Source: a virus
Taxonomy: Duplodnaviria > Caudoviricetes
Direction: 5' to 3' (one strand)
Virus record (IMG/VR): IMGVR_UViG_3300020193_000017
Location: 881-64,880 of that record
Length of the DNA: 64,000 nt
Part shown: positions 40,176-50,018 of the stretch, piece after piece
How the letters are laid out: every line of letters begins with the position of its first letter
How positions within the stretch are numbered: the first letter of the stretch is position 1
Notes under the pieces: generated by a model
Told to the model about the DNA's origin: nothing
The model's input: the letters and a program-made list of their open reading frames with translations, nothing else
Database searches by the model: none
Position numbers and translations under genes: made by a program

Positions 40176-41049
40176 ATACGCGGGAGGAAAGACCCGAGCA
40201 ATAAAACATATTATCCTCTATTTTCCAAAAGATGTAACCAAAGTTGTTTCACCATTCATGGGTGGAGGTTCAATTGAAGTTCACTTAACCAATTTAGGTA
40301 TACAAGTTGAATCATATGATATTTTCAGACCACTTGTTAAATTTTGGAATCAAATTATAGACAACAACAAAGGGTTCGTAGAATTTTTAAGAACAATCGA
40401 ACCCACCGAAGAAAATTATAAAGTCATTAAGGAGAAGTTGGTTAGGTGGGAATATACCCAAGAAATGTTGAGTGAATGGAAAACCGATTTCTATAAAAGA
40501 GAACAACCATTAGAGTTATCGGATGTTGAGGTTGCATCTTATTATTATTTCAATCATAACACATCTTATGGTCCTGGATACTTGGGTTGGCCATCCTCTG
40601 TATATCTTAATCCATCTAAATGGAACAAGATGATTGGTGATATATCTAAGTTCGATGGAACGCTTTTATGTGTCGGTGAATCTGACTTTACAAATGTGAT
40701 TGAAAACAATCCTGATGAGTATCTTTACTTAGACCCACCATACTTTATGGGAAGGGATACTGACAACAAGATGCATGCCGCAATATACCCAATGAAGAAC
40801 ATACCAGTTCACCATGAGGGTTTCGAACATGAGAAACTTAGAGACCTATTAAAGAATCACAGGGGGAGGTTTATTATGTCCTATAACAACTGCGAAACAA
40901 TTAGGGAGTGGTATAAAGACTTTAGATTGGAGTTTCCGTCTTGGAACTATTCCATGGGGAATGGGGAAAAGAGAATTGGTGAAAACAGAAAACGTGAGGG
41001 ACTTGTTAACTCGAAGGAATCTCACGAGATTTTAATCATCAAAGAGTAA
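40141..41049 (+). CDS. D12-class (Dam-like) N6-adenine DNA methyltransferase
   Basis: PIRYAGGK, SPFMGGGS, YLDPPY, FIMSYN, EILI. Confidence 0.9.
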   Translation: MLKKHINKTPIRYAGGKTRAIKHIILYFPKDVTKVVSPFMGGGSIEVHLTNLGIQVESYDIFRPLVKFWNQIIDNNKGFVEFLRTIEPTEENYKVIKEKLVRWEYTQEMLSEWKTDFYKREQPLELSDVEVASYYYFNHNTSYGPGYLGWPSSVYLNPSKWNKMIGDISKFDGTLLCVGESDFTNVIENNPDEYLYLDPPYFMGRDTDNKMHAAIYPMKNIPVHHEGFEHEKLRDLLKNHRGRFIMSYNNCETIREWYKDFRLEFPSWNYSMGNGEKRIGENRKREGLVNSKESHEILIIKE

Positions 41050-41052
41050 ACA

Positions 41053-41475
41053 ATGAGTACTGATTTAAGAGAGTTATCCGATGAGAAACTGATGTCTCTT
41101 TTTTATTGTGAAACGGTTAGACCGATTAATAGTCAAGCGATTTCTATTGGAAGTAAGTTGATTTTTGGTGAGGTTATTCGTAGGGGATTACTTACTTACG
41201 ACGAGGTTATGGAGCACTTAAATCGTGAAAAAGAATGATATTTATATTAAATAGATATCATGAAAACCTCATTTAAAGCATTGGTTATATATTCAATTGT
41301 CATCACTTTCATTTCATGTTTTCTCATCGCAGAGTTAAAAGAAATGACATATGAGTTACAAGAAAAGGAAGAAGAGATACTACAATCAAGTGCAATCATT
41401 GATAGTTTAATGAATGAGCAGCACTATTTTATCAAATATATGAATATCCAAAGAAATGATAACAATATCAGATAG
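41053..41475 (+). other. Two small hypothetical proteins (41053-41238, 41260-41475)
   Basis: ORF track. Confidence 0.45.
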
Positions 41476-41788
41476 GGCGAAGGAACACTTATTGAGTCTA
41501 CTTAATTCTGAGGGGTTAACCGCGGAGACCCACTTTTTAAGGGTTGGAGTTAAAGGTGGTGGGTGTAGTGGTCTGTCCTATGTCATGGACTTTGATGACC
41601 AGACCGAACCCACAGACGAAATCGTGGAACTTCCCGATGGTTTTCGTGTTGTAATCGACAGAAAATCAATACTTTATCTATTTGGAACAGAATTAAACTA
41701 TACTGATGGTTTAAATGGTAAGGGTTTCCAATGGGAAAACCCAAATGCAAGTAGAACTTGCGGGTGTGGAGAAAGTTTTTCTTTGTAA
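41456..41788 (+). CDS. iscA: A-type Fe-S cluster assembly protein (IscA/HesB)
   Basis: LRVGVKGGGCSGLSY...NPNASRTCGCGESF. Confidence 0.95.
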   Translation: MITISDRAKEHLLSLLNSEGLTAETHFLRVGVKGGGCSGLSYVMDFDDQTEPTDEIVELPDGFRVVIDRKSILYLFGTELNYTDGLNGKGFQWENPNASRTCGCGESFSL

Positions 41789-41819
41789 TATTTTGAAATA
41801 TTCAAAATAATGTCTAAAT

Positions 41820-44783
41820 TTGGATATGAATTCAATCACGCCATTCGAAATGGCTAACAAACTCATTTTGAAACACTTCAAAAAAGAAAACTCTTGGAGT
41901 TGTTCAGTTGATTTGTCATCATTAGAAGTGCGTAGAAGAATTGGGAGTTTGTATCATGACACAAAAAAATATGGTCATGCATATGTTTTTTGGGTACAGG
42001 TACAAAAAGAGTTGGAATATCTAAAATTTTGATATGAATATAGTAGAGAGTAAAGTTAAGTTAAATGAAGAGGTAAGGATTGTACGTGAACATGTGAGTG
42101 CTTATCTACACAAGAACATCAAACTAATTCCAATGAATATTTCATGGAATATGGATTCGTTAAATCACGTTATCAATATAGCCACAAGTATTATGTGTAT
42201 AAAGTGGGGCATTGGTTACAATGGTGGTTCATTTGCTTCAGCCGTGGCCAGTAATAATCTAACTGCCACGTATGGAAATGCCGATTCTACCAATCGTGAT
42301 TGTATTCATTTTTACGTGGTAATGATTAACAATTTAGATTATCCTTCTGGGTTACTTAAACTAAATGAAGAATTTTAAACTTTAATACTATGCAATTCAC
42401 GGAAAAACTTGTTGCCCAAGCCAAACGTTCTTACAATTATTTGTACGAACAGCAAATGGAACACCTATATCCGAAGTTAACGGGTGTATGGGAGGATGAC
42501 ATTGATTTTTGGCTTGAGGAACACAATGAACAGATGTTAAGAATGAAATTTGAGGCGGAAGAAAGAAGAAAAAAAGAAAGGGAAGAGGAAGGGTTGAAGG
42601 AAGTAAGGAGGTGGAGAGAAGAGAGGAGAAGAGGACAAGAAAGGAATAATTGGAGTCAAAATATAAATTAAGATGAAAGTAAGAATTATTAAGGTTACAA
42701 AACCGAAGACAAATTCATCACCAGCTAATAGTTGGTATGAGGTTCGTGTTAAGACACTTGGATTTTTATGGATAAACGGGGAGATTTATCGCCCGGGTTT
42801 CCCCGCGGTTTTTTCTTCATTAGATGAGGCCATGTGTCGATTGGACGATTTGAAGAAGAAAAAATTCAAGAAAGAGTTATGTTGCACTATTAAAATTTAA
42901 GGAATTTACAGATAAACAAATGAAGAATTATAAAATAATTTTGGGGGGTCGGGGAGCGGAGGTATTTCTGCATCCGGTAACAGAGCATCAAAAGGGGCAA
43001 CTTCGTGAACTCGGGGTGGGTGATGATAATGTGGACATGGACTTTAACAAGTTAAATGAGATTTTGGGGGTTGATTCATGGGATTATGCTGATGAATCAT
43101 ATACAGGTTCATATACGGGTGATAGTTGTCACATTGCGGTATATGATGGTGATGAGACCTCGATATGGGCATCGAGTGAGGATGACATGATTAACGAGGG
43201 TGAGACCCCTGGTGATTACAAATACATTGAAAAGGAGGATGTTCTTGTCATTGAGCATTATGTCAAAGGAACCTTTAAGGAATACAATTTACCAATTGAG
43301 GGGGAGTTTGATATAACCAAGTTAACTTATAAGGTGGCGGATATTCATGAGCAGGTTGAGGTCATTACCGCTTTAAAGTACGATAATGCTGAGTTGGATG
43401 ATTATGAATGGGGGGATTATTGGTCAAAGGGAACATTTTTTTATATATTCTAATAAAAGATTTATATGACAAAGACAAGAGAAGAAATCGAACTTGAAAT
43501 TGAGGTTGTTCAAGTTTATGAGAACAACAACATGTTCAACGATTTAAAACCTCCAACGTTTGATGAGTACGAGGAAGTAATTAATCTTAATATCTCTTTG
43601 GAAAGGTATGAGGAATGTGCTAGACTTATAAAGGAGAGGGATGAAAAGGGTTGGTTAAGCAATAAAAACAATTAAAAAATGAGATACTGGATAAAGGAAA
43701 AACCCAGGGTAGTATATGAGTCCACAACCCGTCAGTTTATTGTTCTTGATGATAAAACGGGGGAGGAGTATCATATAAGAAAGTGGGAGGACACCAAAAG
43801 TGCTGGTTATTATATGTTAAACCAATTGGGAGTTTGGGTAGAGTTTCATCCTACAGAGGAGTTAGAGGATTTCTTGGGATTAGTATAAAAGATAACAATG
43901 AACTGGATAGGATATATTGGAACCGCGATTATTATTTATCAACTAATAATCTGCATGACCGGTTCATTCTTAATAAATGATTTAATCAAATTAAGGGTGG
44001 TAAACCTCCTTGGGGGTTTTATATGGTTGATATATGGTATTAGTTTAAATGATGCGCTCCAAATTGTGATAAATGCAATCATCATTGTGATTAATTCTTA
44101 TTGGTTTTATAAAAACAGAAACAAATTATAAAATGATTACACATGGCACAACCAAGAAAAAGAAAACCAACCAGCGAAGAAATACTAAAAACAATAATAA
44201 ATAAAATGTTCGAAATATCAGGTCATGATGTTACCTATGATGATATTGCAGGTAGAAAGGATGCTTGGTATACTGAGTGGACAATGACTACAGCACAAAA
44301 TGATGAATGGAAAAAATGGATGGTTGAATATTTTAAAAAAGAATGTAAAATGTTTTCCAAAATAGCAGAACGTCAAGCATCAATGTGTGTGTTAAATTGG
44401 GGACTAAGATTTAGTGACCCGATTCTCTAGGTCTTTGCGGGAACTTTTATCAACTAAAAGGTAATAAAACATCGCTAGTTGTGCAATCAACCATACATAT
44501 AAAGAATATTTTGACCTTTTGCCTGACGAGCTTAATCCAAAATTAAATGGTAAAAATTATGAGAAGCGTAGATATTAAAATTTCTGGTAGGAAAATCGAA
44601 GGTTATCCCACCGTTACTAGAACTCTAAATTTTGAAACAGTTGACGAGTTCATCAAAAAAGCAGATGCAGTTATAGAGGAAACTAATTTCGGTAAGGGTG
44701 ACTGTTATGTTGATAATTTTGACAAAATTTTTGATGCGGCTGAGGTTAAGATACTTGAAGAGAATTGGTTTATTATTGATTAA
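41820..44783 (+). other. Run of small co-oriented hypothetical CDSs (41820, 42034, 42390, 42673, 42920, 43466, 43679, 43898, 44143, 44547)
   Basis: Tightly packed ORFs. 43466 has a UVR-like ERYEECARL motif; 43898 is a YgjV/PQ-loop-like membrane protein. Confidence 0.55.
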
Positions 44784-44786
44784 AAT

Positions 44787-45593
44787 ATGATTGAGATAAA
44801 TAAAACATATAATGAGAGTTGTTTGGAAACTATGAAAAGAATGCCAAATGACTATATAAAACTTACTATTACTTCACCACCATACGATGATTTAAGAACA
44901 TATAATAAAAATGTTGGTTCCAAAAAAGATGAATATAACGGATATTCCTTTCCGTTCGAAACAATTGCAAAAGAATTATTCAGGGTTACTCAAAAAGGTG
45001 GTATTGTTGTTTGGGTAGTTTCCGACGCGGTACATAATGGTTCGGAGACTGGAACATCTTTCAGACAAGCTTTATTTTTTAAAGAAATTGGTTTTAAGAT
45101 TCATGATACAATGATTTATCGAAAATTAAATCCACCACCTAATTCAGGTACAAGGTATCAGCAAATGTTTGAATACATGTTTGTGTTTTCTAAGGGCAAA
45201 CCAAAAACAACAAATATTCAGTTGAGGGATAGGAGTAATAAATGTAACGATAAAAGAACATACAGGAAAAAGAAATTTTCAAGAAATAAGGATGGAGAAT
45301 TCAATGAAAATGATTATTTCGTAAAAGAAAAAGTACCTGATTTTAACATATGGGATTTTTATGTTGGTGGAGGAAATTCTACAAATGATAAAATTGCTTT
45401 TGAACACCCTGCAATTTTTCCAGAACAATTGGTAAAAAAACATTTGGAATCATGGTCTAATGAAGGTGATATTGTCTATGACCCATTCATGGGTAGTGGA
45501 ACAACTTCTAAAATGTGTATTTTAAATAACAGACCATATATCGGTTCAGAGTTGTCTGAGGAATATTGTGAAATAGAAAGAAAAAGAATATAA
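44787..45593 (+). CDS. Beta-class N4-C/N6-A DNA methyltransferase
   Basis: TITSPPY, HPAIFP, DPFMGSGTT, IGSEL. Confidence 0.92.
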   Translation: MIEINKTYNESCLETMKRMPNDYIKLTITSPPYDDLRTYNKNVGSKKDEYNGYSFPFETIAKELFRVTQKGGIVVWVVSDAVHNGSETGTSFRQALFFKEIGFKIHDTMIYRKLNPPPNSGTRYQQMFEYMFVFSKGKPKTTNIQLRDRSNKCNDKRTYRKKKFSRNKDGEFNENDYFVKEKVPDFNIWDFYVGGGNSTNDKIAFEHPAIFPEQLVKKHLESWSNEGDIVYDPFMGSGTTSKMCILNNRPYIGSELSEEYCEIERKRI

Positions 45594-45596
45594 GTT

Positions 45597-46220
45597 ATGG
45601 AACAGTTAACACAAAAACTAATGAGCATTTGTGCTCCAAATGCACCACTTGAAAACAATCACAGCAATATGGTGCATACCTTCCGGCTTACCCACACTGG
45701 TGCCGCCGACAGTTTAGACAATACGTTTGGTATTGACAACCTAACAGAAGAGCAGAAAATACAAGTAGGAGAAGAACTTATTAAACACTTTGAATTTAGT
45801 AGAATTGCATGGATGGAATTACCTGCAGGCTTAACTGAAGAAGGTACTCCTATCGTAGCCAAGGCTATAAAAATTCACGATACAGAAAATCCTAAACACG
45901 TAGGACAAGTAGGGTATGTTTATAAAGTATTATTCACGCCTGTAATGTATCAACCAATGGAACTACATACCCCAGTAAAAGATGGTTGCGTTTTTGCGCC
46001 AACAATATATGACCCTGCAACCTTTGAACCAAAAAAAAGCATTACAATTACTTGGTCACCTGAATTTCCACAAGACATTGATGCTCCTGCAAGAACATAT
46101 GAAGATGATAAACAAATGATTCGTGATTTATTGGAGAAAGTATTAACAAATCCTGAAGAATATAGACCAAAAGGATTTAGAGGTTGCATAGTAAGATATG
46201 CAACCGCACCCAACAATTAA
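45597..46220 (+). CDS. Hypothetical protein
   Basis: 207-aa ORF; contains YDPATFEP and VRYA motifs. Confidence 0.55.
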   Translation: MEQLTQKLMSICAPNAPLENNHSNMVHTFRLTHTGAADSLDNTFGIDNLTEEQKIQVGEELIKHFEFSRIAWMELPAGLTEEGTPIVAKAIKIHDTENPKHVGQVGYVYKVLFTPVMYQPMELHTPVKDGCVFAPTIYDPATFEPKKSITITWSPEFPQDIDAPARTYEDDKQMIRDLLEKVLTNPEEYRPKGFRGCIVRYATAPNN

Positions 46221-46252
46221 AGCACCTTTATCAAATTAAAAAAATATAAGTT

Positions 46253-46495
46253 ATGGAAAGATTACATGTAAAATTTATTAAATGGTTATCTAACAAGTTT
46301 GGATACAAAATTGCAATGTTAAAAGCATCAAATGGAACAACCACAATTGAAGGTGATAAAGAATTGCTCCGATATGTTGATATTTCGGGATATTTCTTTA
46401 AAAAAGAACCGCTGAAAAGGACTTACCAAAAGTTTGTAGAACCCGAACCTATTAAACCATTAACATCAGAACAGTTAAAAGAATGGGACCAATGA
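46253..46495 (+). CDS. Hypothetical protein
   Basis: ORF track; same ATATAAGTTATGGAA start context as the previous gene. Confidence 0.5.
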   Translation: MERLHVKFIKWLSNKFGYKIAMLKASNGTTTIEGDKELLRYVDISGYFFKKEPLKRTYQKFVEPEPIKPLTSEQLKEWDQ

Positions 46496-46527
46496 TTGCA
46501 GATTATTGATTGAAATTTCTAAAAATT

Positions 46528-46558
46528 AAACCCCACCCCATAATAGGTGGGGTTTTTT
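46528..46558 (+). terminator. Intrinsic terminator
   Basis: AAACCCCACC...GGTGGGGTTT followed by a T-run. Confidence 0.75.
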
Positions 46559-46600
46559 ATTTGTACCATCTAAACAAATGGGTCGGGATATTTATTGGTG

Positions 46601-47149
46601 ATGAAATATATTTTAACTGAGAATCAATTCCAATCACTAATAGAAAATATTGGAGATAAGGACTCAAGTATTAGATATGATAAGTTTGTTGAGGAACTTT
46701 TTGAGACCAAATTTGAAGTTTATTTTCAGGTTCATAAAATTGTGGAATTAGATGATAAAAGAATGGGAGAGTTTGGTGATGAACCTTTGGGGAAACATCT
46801 TAAAAGAGAATTGAGTCCAAAAGCCGCAGATTTATACATAAGACCAAATTTCAAAGGAGAAGTAGATAAAAAAAATCCACTAATTGAGCTGCAAGTTATT
46901 TTTTCAACTATCGACCTCGGTTTAGACGATTATTCTGTTCATATATCGAATTTGATGGAAATATCGGGAAGAATAAGGTCTATTGCAGAAAAATATGGAT
47001 TTTCTCTTGTGGTTAGGATTGTTTCCACCGACAAGGATTTTTTGGATGTATTATCTTCAGCGTCCAAAAGCCAATTACAAAATAGTTATGTTGTTACGGA
47101 AAATGGGATTAAATTCGGTAATGAAGAAATATTAAAATATCTGAAATGA
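46601..47149 (+). CDS. Hypothetical protein with MKYILTENQFQSLIE leader
   Basis: GATATTTAT immediately upstream; first gene of a four-gene operon. Confidence 0.6.
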   Translation: MKYILTENQFQSLIENIGDKDSSIRYDKFVEELFETKFEVYFQVHKIVELDDKRMGEFGDEPLGKHLKRELSPKAADLYIRPNFKGEVDKKNPLIELQVIFSTIDLGLDDYSVHISNLMEISGRIRSIAEKYGFSLVVRIVSTDKDFLDVLSSASKSQLQNSYVVTENGIKFGNEEILKYLK

Positions 47150-47922
47150 ACCTACAAGAAGAAATACAGAGAATTAAACAAATGATGGGACTTATTACTG
47201 AAGTGACTAATCCATATAAAGTAGAATGGTTAGAACCAACGCAAGAATACTTTACACAAGAGTTAAGTGAGTTATTGGGAAATGAGATGAGGTTTTCAAA
47301 AGGAGAATTTTTTCACCCTGATAACTTTGACCAAATGTATTCTTTATTTCCTCATACATTCAAAATGATTGCGAAACATTCTAAAGGGGAAGAATTGGAA
47401 AGTGATGAAGAAATCAAAAATTTATTATTGAATAAAGAAATACATGAATTGATGGATGATTGGGGTAATTTCAGACATGTTTTAATTAATGATACTGAGT
47501 CACAAAAAGAGGCATTTAATTTCTTCAACAAAGGTGTGATGAAAGTTTGGAAAGGTACAGACCCCCAAACAGGAGAATATATTGATAATACAGATAAAAC
47601 TTTCTATATGGGTAAACTTGGAAAGTTTATGGAATGGGACCCCGAATATAAAGATACGACAACAGGTGGGTTTACAAAACAATATAAAGATTCAGAATAC
47701 AAAGACCAGCTTGGTGGATATATCGGAAATATAGAACAACAAAGAGACTATGCAAAAAAAGATGAAACAAGAGAACTTCCAGCACCATTTGTTATAAAAC
47801 TTAATACTAATGATAGAGAAGGTAATGAGTATATTTTAATTGGTGGACATAAAAGAAGTACAATTGCTTTACAGATGGGAGTTGAACCAATAAAAGTTTG
47901 GTATATTGATTTAACAAAATGA
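47146..47922 (+). CDS. MNLQE-leader protein with C-terminal ParB/Srx-like domain
   Basis: Leader MNLQEEIQRIKQMMGL; C-terminal PFVI...YILIGGHKR...IKV. Confidence 0.6.
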   Translation: MNLQEEIQRIKQMMGLITEVTNPYKVEWLEPTQEYFTQELSELLGNEMRFSKGEFFHPDNFDQMYSLFPHTFKMIAKHSKGEELESDEEIKNLLLNKEIHELMDDWGNFRHVLINDTESQKEAFNFFNKGVMKVWKGTDPQTGEYIDNTDKTFYMGKLGKFMEWDPEYKDTTTGGFTKQYKDSEYKDQLGGYIGNIEQQRDYAKKDETRELPAPFVIKLNTNDREGNEYILIGGHKRSTIALQMGVEPIKVWYIDLTK

Positions 47923-49061
47923 ACCTACAAGAAAACATATTAAGGATTAAACAAGTGATGGGTTTGAAAGAAACAATCGATGTTCCATCAGATTCTTATG
48001 TAATGATGAATATAAAGAATTTCCCAAAATACAAAAAGGAAATATCTAATATATTACAATACAAATTACAATCATCCGAAGGAGATTTTGTTAAATTCAA
48101 AAATTCTGTAGTAGTTAGTCGAGATTCTTTTGTGAACACACCAATATTATCCAAAGACTTACAAAATTTGGATAACAAATATTTGAACTATATGATTTCA
48201 AATGGCTCAAAACAATTCAATTCCATGTTATATTCGATATTTTCAGATTATTATGGTATTGAAAAAAAACAAAAACCAAAATCTGAAGTTGTGAATTGTA
48301 ATTCATCAGATTTCAAAATAATTGGGCCTTTAGTTGCGCAAGACCAAAAATCGTTAATGAGTTATTGGGTTAGTCAGAAAGGTGGAAAGGTTTATAAAAT
48401 TGTTTTACCCGAAGAATGTGCAAGTCAACTTGATGTTAAAGATAAAACAACATATGTAACAGTTGAGCCAACAGAAAATAGAGTTCACTTTCCAAAAGGT
48501 GTTCCTGAAAAATTGAGGGGAAAAAAGTTGGGAACTTTAATTTATTTGGCAATGATTAGGAAACTTGGTTATATTACAAGTAGCATGGGAAGTTCCTCAG
48601 AAATAAAAATGATATATCAGGATTTATTATCTAACCCCGAATATAGTTTAATGTCAATCTTATTACAAAAACAAGTTATGGTCATGGATAAAAACATCGC
48701 AGGTGATGTTAAAAAGATATTTAACGATTTTGTTAAAAACAAATATACTGATAAAAAATCCGTAAGAATATCTCCTGAATTAAAAGAGAAGTTAGGAGAT
48801 GATTTTATAAATTGGTATGATAGTTTAGAGGAGTCACCTGAAGTGGGTATTGAGCAAAAAATAAAAAAATATGAAGGAGAAGAACCCAAAGGTGGGGATA
48901 CTGTTGTTGATACATCTACAGGAAAAATTTATTCATATTATGGGGATTGGGAATTTGAGGGAAAGAAAAGATTCCAAGTAGGAAATGAAAAGTTTGAGAA
49001 GATGGAATTGCCGATAAAAGATAAACAGAGATTCAAAGTCATTCACAGAAGTGAAAAATAA
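47919..49061 (+). CDS. MNLQE-leader protein with GNAT-like motif
   Basis: Leader MNLQENILRIKQVMGL; VPEKLRGKKLGTLIY resembles the acetyl-CoA-binding motif A. Confidence 0.6.
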   Translation: MNLQENILRIKQVMGLKETIDVPSDSYVMMNIKNFPKYKKEISNILQYKLQSSEGDFVKFKNSVVVSRDSFVNTPILSKDLQNLDNKYLNYMISNGSKQFNSMLYSIFSDYYGIEKKQKPKSEVVNCNSSDFKIIGPLVAQDQKSLMSYWVSQKGGKVYKIVLPEECASQLDVKDKTTYVTVEPTENRVHFPKGVPEKLRGKKLGTLIYLAMIRKLGYITSSMGSSSEIKMIYQDLLSNPEYSLMSILLQKQVMVMDKNIAGDVKKIFNDFVKNKYTDKKSVRISPELKEKLGDDFINWYDSLEESPEVGIEQKIKKYEGEEPKGGDTVVDTSTGKIYSYYGDWEFEGKKRFQVGNEKFEKMELPIKDKQRFKVIHRSEK

Positions 49062-49062
49062 T

Positions 49063-49596
49063 ATGAACCTACAAGAGAATATACAGAGAATTAGACAAAT
49101 AATGGAAATTAATGACTTGGACCTCAATGAAGTTTCTGATGAAGGTTATGAATTAATTAAAGAAAAATATTCCGATTCAAAATTAATAATGACCAATAGG
49201 GGTTCAATCACCATAAACGCGGAAAAACAAAAAAAATATATCGGATTTAAACCAAGGGGATTGTGGTACGGAATTGGAACATCTTGGATTGATTGGGTTA
49301 GAAGTGAAATGTCCGAATGGGAAGATGAACACGTTTTTAAAATTGATGTAAATGAATCCGAAATGTTGATGATTCATACATTGGAAGACTTGCATTCATT
49401 TACCAACAAATATGGGGGAGGTGATGGACTTATTCATTGGGATGTGGTTGCAAATGAATATGGTGGAATTGAGATATCACCATATATGTGGCCAGCCAGA
49501 ATGGATAGAAGAACATCGTGGTACTATTCATGGGATGTTGCATCAGGATGTATATGGAACAAAGAGGTCGTAACAAATATCGAAAAGATTGTGTAA
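49063..49596 (+). CDS. MNLQE-leader protein with KPxGLW...WDVAS domain
   Basis: Leader MNLQENIQRIRQIM; cargo KPRGLWY...YGGIEI...WDVASGCIWN. Confidence 0.6.
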   Translation: MNLQENIQRIRQIMEINDLDLNEVSDEGYELIKEKYSDSKLIMTNRGSITINAEKQKKYIGFKPRGLWYGIGTSWIDWVRSEMSEWEDEHVFKIDVNESEMLMIHTLEDLHSFTNKYGGGDGLIHWDVVANEYGGIEISPYMWPARMDRRTSWYYSWDVASGCIWNKEVVTNIEKIV

Positions 49597-49602
49597 TGAT
49601 AA

Positions 49603-49701
49603 TCGGAAGAAATCCGAATTAAAGTGTAATATATGGCACTATTTGTAAAATAATGTGTCATAAAACGGATAATATCCGAATTAAAGTGTATTATATTACA
49701 C
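49603..49701. repeat. Palindrome-containing direct repeat at strand-switch region
   Basis: ATCCGAATTAAAGTGTA at 49612-49628 and 49674-49690, each overlapped by short inverted repeats. Confidence 0.8.
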
Positions 49702-49967
49702 ATTATTATATCTAAATACATATAGTTGGTTTGGGTAGACACCATTATATGTTTTTACATATTATGATTGGTTCCAACCATAACCTTTTTATCGTAATAC
49801 AAAATACATATCCATGCACAGATATTTTCTTTATATTTCCATCTGGTTGTATTATAATCCATAATTTTCCACCTTCTCCCACTTTTTAACACCGCACTCG
49901 GGAATTGTCCTGTGTGTGAATCAAGATATAGTTTTATATTTTTTCAAAAAGTATAAGGGTTATAAAT

Positions 49968-49996
49968 AAAAACCCCCGTCGTATGACAGGGGAGTT
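49968..49996 (-). terminator. Intrinsic terminator for minus-strand gene
   Basis: AAAAACCCCCGTC-GTAT-GACAGGGG. Confidence 0.6.
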
Positions 49997-50018
49997 GTAT
50001 ATATATATATTTATATAT

